Part shown: positions 41,204-53,372 of the stretch, piece after piece
Layout: each line of letters begins with the position of its first letter
Position numbering within the stretch: position 1 is the stretch's first letter
NCBI RefSeq assembly: GCF_022045235.1
Contig: NW_027266264.1
Location: forward strand, 88,536,001-88,600,000
Direction: 5' to 3'
DNA from: Haliotis cracherodii
Taxonomy: Eukaryota
DNA length: 64,000 nucleotides
Notes under the pieces: model-generated
The model's input: the letters and a program-made list of their open reading frames with translations, nothing else
Databases searched by the model: none
Told to the model about the DNA's origin: nothing
Translations under genes and position numbers: made by a program

Positions 41204-44200
41204 GCTCTATTATGACATGCTCAGGTAATATGACTCAACCATTCCTCTATCATGACATGCTCAGGTAATATGACTCAACAATTCCTCTACACAACATGCT
41301 CAGGTAATATCACTCAACATTCCTCTATCATGACATGCTCAGGTAATATGACTCAACCATTCCTCTATCAAGACATGCTCAGATTGTATGACTCAACCAT
41401 TCTTCTATCATGATATGCTCAGGTAATATGACTCAACTATTCCTCTATCATGACATGCTCAGGTAATATGACGCAACCATTCCTCTATCAAGACATGCTC
41501 AGGTGATATGACTCAACCATTCCTCTATCACGACATGCTCAGGTGATATGACTCAACCATTCCTCTATCATGACATGCTCAGGTAATATCACTCAACCAT
41601 TCCTCTACACAACATGCTCAGGTAATATGACTCAACCATCCCTCTATCACGACATATGCTCAGATAGTATGACTCAACCATTCCTCTATCATGACATGCT
41701 CAGATAGTATGACTCAACCATTCCTCTATCACGACATATGCTCAGATAGTATGACTCAACCATTCCTCTATCACGACATATGCTCAGATAGTATGACTCA
41801 ACCATTCCTCTATCACGACATGTGCTCAGATAGTATGACTCAACCATTCCTCTACACAACATGCTCAGGTAATATCACTCAACCATTCCTCTATCAAGAC
41901 ATGCTCAGATAGTATGACTCAACCATTCCTCTATCATGACATGCTCAGATAGTATGACTCAACCATTCCTCTATCACGACATATGCTCAGATAGTATGAC
42001 TCAACCATTCCTCTATCACGACATATGCTCAGATAGTATGACTCAACCATTCCTCTATCACGACATGTGCTCAGATAGTATGACTCAACCATTCCTCTAC
42101 ACAACATGCTCAGGTAATATCACTCAACCATTCCTCTATCATGACATGCTCAGGTAATATGACTCAACCATTCCTCTATCATAACATGCTCAGGTAATAT
42201 GACTCAACCATTCCTCTATGATGACATGCTCAGGTAATATGACTCAACCATTCCTCTATCATGACATGCTCAGGTAATATGACTCAACCATTCCTCTACA
42301 CAACATGCTCAGGTAATATCACTCAACCATTCCTCTATCATGACATGCTCAGGTAATATGACTCAACCATTCCTCTACACAACATGCTCAGGTAATATCA
42401 CTCAACCATTCCTCTATCATGACATGCTCAGGTAATATCACTCAACCATTCCTCTATCACAACATATGCTCAGATAGTATGACTCAACCATTCCTCTATC
42501 ATGACATGCTCAGGTGATATGACTCAACCATTCCTCTATCACGACATGCTCAGGTGATATGACTCAACCATTCCTCTATCATGACATGCTCAGGTAATAT
42601 CACTCAACCATTCCTCTACACAACATATGCTCAGATAGTATGACTCAACCATTCCTCTATCATGACATGCTCAGGTGATATGACTCAACCATTCCTCTAT
42701 CACGACATGCTCAGGTGATATGACTCAACCATTCCTCTATCATGACATGCTCAGGTAATATCACTCAACCATTCCTCTACACAACATGCTCAGGTAATAT
42801 GACTCAACCATTCCTCTATCATGACATGCTCAGGTAATATCACTCAACCATTCCTCTATCACAACATATGCTCAGATAGTATGACTCAACCATTCCTCTA
42901 TCATGACATGCTCAGGTGATATGACTCAACCATTCTTCTATCACGACATATGCTCAGATAGTATGACTCTACCATTCCTCTATCACGACATGCTCAGATA
43001 GTATGACTCTACCATTCTTCTATCACGACATATGCTCAGATAGTATGACTCAACCATTCCTCTATCACGACATTTGCTCAAGTAATATGACTCAACCATT
43101 CCTCTACACAACATGCTCAGGTAATATGACTCAACCATTCCTCTATCATAACATGCTCAGGTAATATGACTCAACCATTCCTCTATGATGACATGCCCAG
43201 GTAATATGAATCAACCATCCCTCTATCACGACATATGCTCAGATAGTATGACTCAACCATTCCTCTATCATGACATGCTCAGGTGATATGACTCAACCAT
43301 TCCTCTATCACGACATATGCTCAGATAGTTTGACTCAACCATTCCTCTATCACGACATATGCTCAGATGATATGACTCAACCATTCCTCTATCACTACAT
43401 ATGCTCAGATAGTATGACTCTACCATTCCTCTATCACGACATATGCTCAGATAGTATGACTCAACCATTCCTCTATCACGACATTTGCTCAAGTAATATG
43501 ACTCAACCATTCCTCTATCACGACATGCTCAGATAGTATGACTCAACAAATCTTCTATCACGACATATGCTCAGATAGTATGACTCAACCATTCCTCTAT
43601 CACGACATTTGCTCAAGTAATATGACTCAACCATTCCTCTACACAACATGCTCAGGTAATATGACTCAACCATTCCTCTATCATAACATGCTCAGGTAAT
43701 ATGACTCAACCATTCCTCTATGATGACATGCCCAGGTAATATGAATCAACCATTCCTCTATCACGACATATGCTCAGATAGTATGACTCAACCATTCCTC
43801 TATCATGACATATGTTCAGATGATATGACTCAACCATTCCTCTATCACGACATATGCTCAGATAGTTTGACTCAACCATTCCTCTATCACGACATATGCT
43901 CAGATGATATGACTCAACCATTCCTCTATCACTACATATGCTCAGATAATATGACTCAACCATTCCTCTATCATGACATGCTCAGAAAGTATGACTCAAC
44001 CATTCCTCTATCATGACATGCTCAGGTGATATGACTCAACCATTCCTCTATCACGACATATGCTCAGATGATATGACTCAACCATTCCTCTATCACTACA
44101 TATGCTCAGATAGTATGACTCTACCATTCCTCTATCACGACATGCTCAGATAGTATGACTCAACCATTCTTCTATCACGACATATGCTCAGATAGTATGA

Positions 44201-44730
44201 CTCTACCATTCCTCTATCACGACATGCTCAGATAGTATGACTCTACCATTCCTCTATCACGACATATGCTCAGATAGTATGACTCAACCATTCCTCTATC
44301 ACGACATTTGCTCAAGTAATATGACTCAACCATTCCTCTACACAACATGCTCAGGTAATATGACTCAACCATTCCTCTATCATAACATGCTCAGGTAATA
44401 TGACTCAACCATTCCTCTATGATGACATGCCCAGGTAATATGAATCAACCATTCCTCTATCACGACATATGCTCAGATAGTATGACTCAACCATTCCTCT
44501 ATCATGACATATGTTCAGATGATATGACTCAACCATTCCTCTATCACGACATATGCTCGGATAGTATGACTCAACCATTCCTCTATCACGACATATGCTC
44601 AGATAGTTTGACTCAACCATTCCTCTATCACGACATATGCTCAGATGATATGACTCAACCATTCCTCTATCATGACATGCTCAGAAAGTATGACTCAACC
44701 ATTCCTCTATCATGACATGCTCAAGTTATA
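41204..44730. repeat. Satellite array B, 39-42-bp unit, homologous to array A
   Basis: CTCAGRTARTATGACTCAACCATTCCTCTATCAYGACA(TA)TG, ~87 units; higher-order offsets of 245 (41691/41936) and 699 (43718/44417). Confidence 0.98.
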
Positions 44731-44791
44731 TTTGATCTTACATTTGATCATGAAGGGTAATACACTCAAATTAATTGAAACCACCTTCCAA

Positions 44792-44939
44792 CATGAAGCT
44801 TTATTATCAGGTGAAAGATAAGGCCTTACCTTGAAATGAAGAGAAACATTCCTCTGACATGAAACTTTATTATCAGGTGAAAGATAAGGCCTTACCTTGA
44901 AATGAAGAGAAACATTCCTCTGACATGAAACTTTATTAT
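44792..44939. repeat. 66-bp tandem repeat; third unit interrupted by the Gypsy insertion
   Basis: CATGAARCTTTATTATCAGGTGAAAGATAAGGCCTTACCTTGAAATGAAGAGAAACATTCCTCTGA x2 plus a partial unit; diverged continuation TTATCAAGAAAAAGATAGGG at 55526. Confidence 0.8.
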
Positions 44940-45440
44940 TGATATGAAAGAAAGACAGGTGTTGTTTGCAGTTATAGCCAGTTATTTATTACTGATAAAT
45001 TTCTTTAAACCCTGAAACAATTGTAAAACATTCATTACACACAAATATAAACATATGCTGACATCAAATATTTCATTACATTTGATGATATATACAAAAT
45101 GCTATATCTACTAATTGATAAACTTACATCTCATCAAAAACTTAATTAATCTTATATCATAAACATACTTAACCCCCATATATACTTATATATGCGTATC
45201 ATATAAATAGAGTGACATAAACGTAACATGATACATTAACTATCATGTTTACATACAATATACAATATATGAGAAATATATATTAAACCCACCAAGTGTG
45301 TGGACCTGGGTTCATCAGTCCAGACACAGACCTCTGCACAAGTAATACAGCTACATCTGCACGACAGATAAATAATATATACACACTGTGCAGACCAATC
45401 TGATAGCAGCAATATTACTACAAACAGATACATAGTGTTA
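44940..45440 (-). repeat. Distal partial LTR (LTR3)
   Basis: Matches LTR2 and LTR1 (GTTATAGCCAGTTATTTATTACTGAT..., CCAAGTGTGTGGACCTGGG...ACATAGTGTTA) and retains ~280 bp missing from both. Confidence 0.85.
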
Positions 45441-45796
45441 TTTCTTGTGTTTGCACTGCTTCAGGATCTGCTTCTGTGCTGCTGTCTTCTTCAGGTATGT
45501 GGTCGTCACCACCAGAAGCATCACCTGCTACTCCAAGAGACTGTAGATCGTCACCTGTTTTCTCTGAAGTAGTCGCACAGTGTCTTCACTGATGATGGTA
45601 GCATCCTTAGCAACTGCTGGAAAATAGAATGGAGCATCATAGTCAGACACTTTGTCCTCCTGGATATCCTCTTCTATAGTCTTCTTCACGATCTTTCTTG
45701 GTCTAGGAGTTGGTTTTTTGGCTGCTCGTACAGTGTTGTTATCCATGATCGCTGGTACTGATCCAATGGGCAGGAGATGGTTTCTATGCAACGTCA
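45441..45796 (-). pseudogene. Duplicated pol C-terminal fragment (remnant of a second internal region)
   Basis: Near-identical to 47160-47524 (TLHRNHLLPIGSVPAIMDNN...) with a 10-bp deletion; adjacent to a PBS copy at 45797-45807. Confidence 0.92.
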
Positions 45797-45808
45797 TGGG
45801 GGCTCCAC

Positions 45809-46847
45809 TGAAACCGGAACTGCTTCATGATATGAAGGACAGACGCAGGTGTTGTTCGCAGTTATAGCCAGTTATTTATTACTGATCAATTTCTTTTTAA
45901 ACCCAAGTGTGTGGACCTGGGTTCATCAGTCCAGACACAGACCTCTGTACGAGTAATACAGCTACATCTGCACGACAAATAAATAATACATACACACTGT
46001 GCAGACCAATCTGATAGCAGCAATATTACTACAAACAGATACATAGTGTTATTGCAGAGTAACTTAAAACATTTCTAAAATATAATAGTAAAACCCTGAT
46101 TCATTCATACATTATACATTCATACATTACACATTCATTTATACCAATATGTAACCTAGCAACACATATGTTTCACATTCTTACTTTCATACTTCATACT
46201 TTCATACATCAGCTTCACAGTGTTTGAAGATTTAGTTAAATAATATTTTAGGCCTAAACTTGGCGCTTACTGAATTATTTACCTTACGTAAATAATAACA
46301 CTTGTAATGCATACAGAAATACAACTAATTACTTTGATCTGGCTAATATTTACAACAAGACAAAAAACAGCCAAATTATCAACAGCATAAACACAATATA
46401 CCTACAAATCCTAGGAATACGTACAAACAATAAAATATCATCAAAAGACCAACCTTTAGATGTGAATTCCAAAGTCAATAGATCAAACACCACAATTAGT
46501 CCAAATTGTGAATTCCAAAATGTCCAATGCTATACGTGTGTTTGACAGTAACATCAAATGTGATCTAAACTGTAGTAAAACTAAACCCTTTAAACTGGAG
46601 ACAGTAAGCTAGAAAGTTAAACAAAAAGGGGCTGTGAGGGGCTCGCTTGGGCAGGCTATTGTGTGATAGTGCACTAGGTGATTGAGGCTGTGGCAAAGTA
46701 CTCATGCAGTAAGCTGAATCAGAGAATTAGGAGAGCTGAAGTGTGAAGTATATAATGTTTATAACATACTTGACTGAACATTTAATTCAGTGAAAATCTA
46801 AACTAATAAAACTCTGAAAATATATACAATTATCTGATCCTGTCACA
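45809..46847 (-). repeat. Middle LTR (LTR2): 3' LTR of the full unit and 5' LTR of the deleted unit
   Basis: About 1 kb, roughly 98% identical (manual count) to 54538-55525 in shared parts; PPT upstream and PBS downstream on the minus strand. Confidence 0.92.
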
Positions 46848-46862
46848 TACTTCTCTCCCTTG
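46848..46862 (-). promoter_or_regulatory. Polypurine tract (PPT)
   Basis: Minus strand AAGGGAGAGAAGTA immediately before the LTR start TGTGACAGG. Confidence 0.85.
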
Positions 46863-46971
46863 AATAATGTTGTCCTCATTCCGGTTCTTCATCAACAAGG
46901 GAAAGCAATGCCTTGGAGATGCTGGTGCTGATGTGTCCCAAAATGCCGGTCGCTGCCAGTTGTTCCAGGCG

Positions 46972-49900
46972 TCAACTCCTCTGCTGCCAGTCTGGGTCAG
47001 AAGTCTGGCACATTACATAATCTCCTGAGGTTTGCCAGGCAGTCTTCCTTGTTAGTCTACCAGATCTTCTTGGTGCAGGTATGGGTTGAGGATTAGCATC
47101 AGGTGGTACAGGAGGAGGTAGCTCTTCTCTGACTGAGTCTTCCGGCTCCTCTTCAGTGTTTTCTTGTGGTTGCACTGCTTCAGGATCTGCTTCTGTGCTG
47201 CTGTCTTCTTCAGGTATGTGGTCGTCACCACCAGAAGCATCACCTGCTACTCCAAGAGACTGTAGATCGTCACCTGTTTTCTCTGAAGTAGTCGCACTCT
47301 CTTCCACAGTGTCTTCACTGATGATGGTAGCATCCTTAGCAACTGCTGGAAAATAGAATGGAGCATCATAGTCAGACACTTTGTCCTCCTGGATATCCTC
47401 TTCTATAGTCTTCTTCACGATCTTTCTTGGTCTAGGAGTTGGTTTTTTGGCTGCTTGTACAGTGTTGTTATCCATGATCGCTGGTACTGATCCAATGGGC
47501 AGGAGATGGTTTCTATGCAACGTCCTCTTCCTCCCCCCACCAGATTCTCTCTGCACTACAAACACAGGGATATCCTGGTTTGGTTGCAAGAGAACAACAT
47601 AAGGATCTTCCTCCCAGCGATCTGCCAACTTGTGCTTACCATCAAAGGCTAAGGCTTTCACCAGAACTCGATCACCTGTCTGTACAGTGGCCCCTCTAGT
47701 CTTCAAGTCATAGCTGGCTTTCTGTTTGACTTGGGCAGTCTTTGATGCCTTTGACACCAGGTCATAGGCTTCTTGGAGCTTCTTCTTCAGAGACTTTGCA
47801 TAAGCTGTCAGACACTGATGATTCTTGTTGGTCTTGATCCCAAAAGCAGGATCTACAGGCAGACGAGGTTCACGACCAAACATAAGGAAGAATGGAGACT
47901 GGTTTGTTGATTCATGCCGGATGCTGTTATAGGTTGGACAAGGGGAGCTACATAGGTCTTCCAATCTGCTTTCTGGTCCGGTTGGAGTGTTCCCAACATA
48001 TTAAGCAGTGTCCGGTTGAAGCGTTCAACCATAGCATTGCCCATAGGGTGATAAGATGTTGTCCGGCTTTTCTCCATTCCCAAGAGGCTGCACAATTCCT
48101 TCATAAGGCGGCTCTCAAAGTTGGTGCCTTGATCACTGTGGATGCGCTTTGAAATCCCATAGTGCATTATAAAGTTCTTGTAGAAGGCTTCTGCTGTTGT
48201 TTTTGCAGTCTGATTCCTTGTCGGGATTGCTTGTGCATACCTCGTAAAGTGGTCTGTGATGACTAGAATATTCTGGTGACCTCCCTTTGATGCTTCCAAG
48301 GACAGACGAGCTCTAAGGGCTGTGTGGTGATGATGTTGACCAGAGGAGCACATGCATTAGTGGGGGATTTCCTTCTCAAACATCTGTCACATCTTTGGAT
48401 CCAATCTTCCACGTCGTTGGTCATGCCTGGCCAAAAGAACCGATCTCTTAGGAGTGACAGTGTCCTCTCTCTTCCAGGGTGTCCCACGTCATCATGAAGT
48501 CCTCTGAGCATATCCTCAATCAAGGCTGATGGTAAAACACGCTGATGTCGTTCTTGGCCGTTAATATTAACTTTCCTGTAAAGGATTCCTTCTTGAAGAA
48601 ACATGCTGTCAAAGTTCCTATGCAGGGAAGTATTGGCTTGACAAGGGGGATAATCCTGTCGTCTTGGCTTCCTGTTACTTCTCACCAAGTTAATCCATGG
48701 CCTAAGAATGACATCTGCAGCTTGTGCCTTTCTCCAGTCCCTGTCTGTCATCACTTTAAGGTTCTCTCCACGATCTTCTAGGCTTTCTAAATCTGGTGCT
48801 GCTGAACAACAGAGGCTGTGTACCAAATGATGTTCCTGCAAAGTGTGACAAACAGCTCTTATTGACTCTGATGTTATCTGTTGTCTTTCAGCTTCTATTC
48901 CAGGCAGCCTGGAGAGTCCATCAGCATCTGCGTTGTTGAGCCCTGGCCTGTAGATGATATCAAAATTGTAAGCTGACAAGGCCGCTAGCCAGCGGTGACC
49001 TGTAGCATCCAACTTTGCAGAACTGAGCACATAGGTCAGAGGGTTATTATCTGTATATACACTGAATGTATTGCCATACAGATAATCCTTGAACTTTTCA
49101 GTCACCGCTCATTTCAAAGCTAGAAATTCAAGACGGTGAGCTGAAAAGTTGCTCTCTTCCTTGCTCCGTCCACGGCTTGCATAACTGATGACCTTCTTCA
49201 ATCCATTCTGTTCTTGGTACAAGACAGCTCCCAGTCCTCGGCTACTTGCATCAGTGTGGACTTCAAATGGCTTGGTGTAATCCGCATACCCAAGAACTGG
49301 CTGTGTTGATAAGCATGTCTTGATTGTCTTGAACGCAGTTTCCTGTTGTGGTCCCCATTGCCATGGCTTGTCGGGCTTGTTGGCTGGATGGTTTCTTCCT
49401 CGTGTCTTGGTCTTTGTGGCTGGCATCAAAGCTGATAGAGGCTTGGAAATCTTGGCGAAGTCCTTGACGAATTTCCTGTAATAACCTGCAAATCCAAGAA
49501 ACTTTTGTATCTCATCTGGGTTTGCAGGTGTAGGCCAGTCCAAAATCCTCTGTATCTTATCCGGATCTGTCTCGATACCATCTTCAGACACAATGTGTCC
49601 AAGTAACTTGATCTTGTTCTTGAAGAAAGAACACTTGTCGGCACTGAGCTTCATTCCTGTCTCTCTGGATCGTTGAGGTACTTGGCTAAGCCGTTCTAAA
49701 TGTTCTTCAAATGAGCTGGAAAAGACGATGATATAATCCATGTAAATAAGACAAATCTTGAGGTGGAGTCCTTCGAAGCATTCGTTCATCACCCGTTGAT
49801 ATGTTGCAGGGCTGTTGCAGAAGAACCCCAAAGGACCTACGGTGAAAGCTGTCCTTTCCTTGTGCAATTCCTCAATTTCGACTTGATGATATCCTGACTT

Positions 49901-51070
49901 CATGTCCAGTGTACTAAAGAATCTTGATCCTGCAAGTGCGTCGAACATCTCGTCTATCCGTGGCAGAGAGTAGGAGTCTTTGATAGTCCGACGATTCAGC
50001 TGTCTAAAGTCCACACACATCCGTAGTTTCCCATTCTTTTTCCTGACTAAAACCACATTAGATGACCATGGGGAGTATGAGTGACGGATGACTCCACATG
50101 CAAGCAGTTGTTGAAGGTGTTCCTTGACTTCTTGGTACATTGATGGTGCAATCCTTCTATGTCTCTGCTTGAAAGGTCGTTATCCTCAAGGTCAATCCGA
50201 TGCTTAACATTGGGGACATGTCCTAAGTCTGTCTCGCCATTGGAAAATACATCCAAGTACTGTGAGATAACCTGCTTGCCAATCTTCAACTGTTCAGGTG
50301 TGACTGCTGCTTCCTTGAAGTCACCTTGACTTTCACCCTCAGGAACATCCTCAACATTAACGACCTGGAGTTCACACAGTACTGAACGGGTTGGAATAGC
50401 CACAGTCCTAGTGGTTACATTAGCGACATGTACCTGTACCATAAACTTGTCATCATGATGGTAGTTGATGATAGTTGGTGCTATATCGAGGTCAGATGGT
50501 ATGGCAGATCCTGTAGTTGATTGCACCATGGCACATGTATCCCTATAGACAAGAAGCTTAAAAATATAACCTTCAATAACTCTTTCAGTGTTGGGTGGTA
50601 TCATAACTCGTTCCGTCTCAGCGCTTCTAATCCTTCCAAGTGAGAAGTTGTTTCTTGCCAGTTGTTTTTCCTGCAGCATCATATTCCTGAAAGCCATGTA
50701 CCAGGCTGTATGAATATCTGCCTCTTGGAGAAAACGAATTCCATATTGTTGTTTGCAGATGTCCATACAAGTTGACAAGATGTTTGTACCTAATAACACA
50801 GGAACTGCTGAGTGGTAGGGTGTATCTGGAACGACTAGTAAGATACATGGCAGTGAAGATATGGATCCTGTATGTGGCCATAATACGGAAGATGCTGTCC
50901 ATCTGCACAATCAATTTGTAAAAATACATCCAAAGGCTTAATGGGAAGTTCTGAGAGAAACTCTGTATAAAAGCTGTGGGAAACAGTTGACACAGTAGAA
51001 CTTGTATCAAAAAGAGCTGTGGCTTTAATGTAAACTGTGCCTTCATTTGGTTGATCTACTAGCTTGGCAA
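46972..51070 (-). pseudogene. pol: Gypsy pol (protease, RT, RNase H, integrase with GPY/F-like tail), disrupted
   Basis: ALFDTSS (protease), KLRMCVDFRQLN, LDMKSGYHQ, YMDY (catalytic YxDD altered), HTDASSRGLGAVL, LEFLALK*AVTEKF (TGA at the conserved W), HDDVGH..CDRC, ITDHFTRY, HSDQGTNFE, VERFNRTL, WEEDPYVV. Multiple frameshifts. Confidence 0.96.
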
Positions 51071-51106
51071 CTTGATGGTTACTGATGGGGCGCCTCCTCC
51101 TATAGC

Positions 51107-52243
51107 CTATGGCTTGCCCTGTCCCATAGGCTTCTTCCTGTTTAAAGGGCGCCTGAGGTCCAGAATTACACGGCAGCCGTACTGTAGATGTCCTGGCTGG
51201 TTGCACCTGAAACAAATGGGCTCTCCAGTAATGGAATCCTTAGAAGGTCGCTGATTCCTAGAATCCCCACTCTCGTCCTGGTACCATGATGGTGTTCCTG
51301 GCCGAGGTGGCCAATACTGTTGAGGTGGAGGCTGCAGATTTGTTGATGGTCCTATAGGTCCTGGGTTCATCCAAGGAACAGAGGAAACGGGAACTGGTGT
51401 AATCTGTTGCTTCTTCAGATCTGCAACTTGGCTTGACAGCTGTCGCAACATTCCCTTTATCTCCTTCATCTCAGTGTCCTGTGTGCTTACAGCAGCTATA
51501 TTAGGAGTTGAAATCTTCTTCTTGGCTCCAGCTCCTCTCTGCTGCAAATCTACTTCAGCTCTTTGCAGGGCTCTGAGAAGGCCATCAATGGTGCTTTCTT
51601 GGTCATAGATATGAGCTGTATGATCCCGAAGTTCTGGCCTTGACCCTGACCATAACTGTGTGCGGAGCATCTCATTCCTGGTTGCCTGGGGAACTGGTCC
51701 TTGTGCTTCTGCTTGGAGGAGTGAATGCTCTAACCTGCATGCCCATAAAGCAACTTCTTCTGTGACCTCTTGACGTGAGCTATAAAAGTTAGCTAGTAGT
51801 GATTGACCCCTATCTACACTTCCAAACGTAGCCTCTAGCTTTGAAATGAGCTGCTTGATATCAGCCTCAGGCCCAAGGCACATGGCAACCATCGCTGCCT
51901 TACCATGTAGGGATTGTTGGACTATGTTAACAACAGCCTGTGGTGAAAGAGACTTGTTTTGAAACAAACACTCAACATGATATTTCCAAACATCAAAAGA
52001 TGTTTCGCCCTTCTTGTCACCAGAAAATGATGGAACCTTTGGTGCCTGTGCTAATGTAACAGGTGCTAGAGTACCTTGGATAGAAGGCGGGATGGACGAA
52101 CCATCCTCAGCCCTGACCTTGGTCTGAGTGTATGCTCGCATCCACTGTGCCAGGTCTTCTGGATTATCAACAGTAGGCCAGGTACCAAGAGCCTGAAAAG
52201 AAGAAATACGTTTCTCGAACTCTTCAGGTAGTGGTTTACTCAT
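51107..52243 (-). CDS. gag: Gypsy Gag, PNMA/paraneoplastic-Ma-like capsid with CCHC zinc knuckle (378 aa, open)
   Basis: VPSFSGDK..FDVWK..V, SLHGKAA, KLEATFG, FYSSRQE, knuckle CFRCNQPGHLQYGC; directly upstream of pol. Confidence 0.92.
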   Translation of the reverse strand: MSKPLPEEFEKRISSFQALGTWPTVDNPEDLAQWMRAYTQTKVRAEDGSSIPPSIQGTLAPVTLAQAPKVPSFSGDKKGETSFDVWKYHVECLFQNKSLSPQAVVNIVQQSLHGKAAMVAMCLGPEADIKQLISKLEATFGSVDRGQSLLANFYSSRQEVTEEVALWACRLEHSLLQAEAQGPVPQATRNEMLRTQLWSGSRPELRDHTAHIYDQESTIDGLLRALQRAEVDLQQRGAGAKKKISTPNIAAVSTQDTEMKEIKGMLRQLSSQVADLKKQQITPVPVSSVPWMNPGPIGPSTNLQPPPQQYWPPRPGTPSWYQDESGDSRNQRPSKDSITGEPICFRCNQPGHLQYGCRVILDLRRPLNRKKPMGQGKP

Positions 52244-53220
52244 GATGCTGTAACATGAGCATGTGATAAGGAAATTATAGGGGATAACATAAATGTTGTG
52301 TCAACAACCATACGCAGGATGCCCTTGTGTAAGCAAGTGATACTACAAATATATGATTTTATCACATAATGGGTAGGTTTCTCGGCAGGATAAAGCCAAC
52401 GGATAAAAACGATATCCGTTGGCGTCATATGCGGATAAAGATGCAAATATCAAAGGTCAAGTAGGGACTACTTTCACTGTTTATAAACAAACATGGCGTC
52501 GCCCTCGTCATCTGGCGATCGAGTCAGAATTAACCATCAGGAATCTGGATAAACTACAGGGATAATTGTTATCATTATCAAAAGAACAATCTAATATACT
52601 GAAAATCAGTGTCTAACTGTGACGTAGCTAAGGCATTTTATAAGTTTTGGCAACTTTGGAGATATAAATTTCGAAACAATTTTGCGAGGGCACGAGGCCT
52701 AGCCAAGCGGGATCAGTAGCCATATCTGTGCTTGTAGACCTCTGCGGCTTGAAACCTTCTCTACAAATTAAAATAGTTGGATTTGGAACCAAATATGTTT
52801 GAATTGTTACCTTGTTTCGTTTTGTCGCTGTGTGTACATCTGACTACACTTCTTAACGTTATGACAGACCGACTGTCTACAACGTCTGACCGTGGCCGTG
52901 ACGTCTCATAGACTAGGGTTAGAGTAGCTTCCCTTTGACAAAGGGCAGTTACTCTAGCGGACAGACCGATGGATTGCCGCGAAAGGAAAATATAAACCAT
53001 TGTTGTTTTGCGTATATGTTGCTTCGCCACTGTATAAGAAACGGATTTCAGTTGGAACTATATTGGCTACTGTCACTGTCCGACTGACCCATCACTTACC
53101 CCCTGACGTAATATATATTAATGCGCGCATTCCAGGAAAACTCGCAATGTTTCGGTAATGTTTGTGAGAGAGGGAAAGCGATTTTGAAGCACAGAATTAA
53201 AGAATGACATTATATGATAA

Positions 53221-53372
53221 AGAGGTTATCACGCTTGTGTGTTTGGGGATGGTAAATATCCTGTATTAGGAATAAACACTATGTATTTAGCTCGCCAAGG
53301 CTCGCTAAATACAATGTTTATTCCTAATGCAGGATATTTACCATCCCGAAACACACTCGCGTGATAACCTCT
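53221..53372. mobile_element. 152-bp near-perfect palindromic element in the Gypsy leader
   Basis: AGAGGTTATCACGC..TGTGTTTGGGGATGGTAAATATCCTGTATTAGGAATAAACA..TGTATTTAGC, loop TCGCCAAGGCTC, then the reverse-complement arm ending GCGTGATAACCTCT. Confidence 0.8.

Noticed and set aside
7091-44715. Long ORFs (up to 664 aa) of periodic peptides such as FPRLYSNT, HLYIQLTGPS and HISGHLQTGT
   Set aside because: They are translations of minisatellites: open in several frames or strands, with frame-breaking indels, no splice or domain evidence, and some units not multiples of 3.
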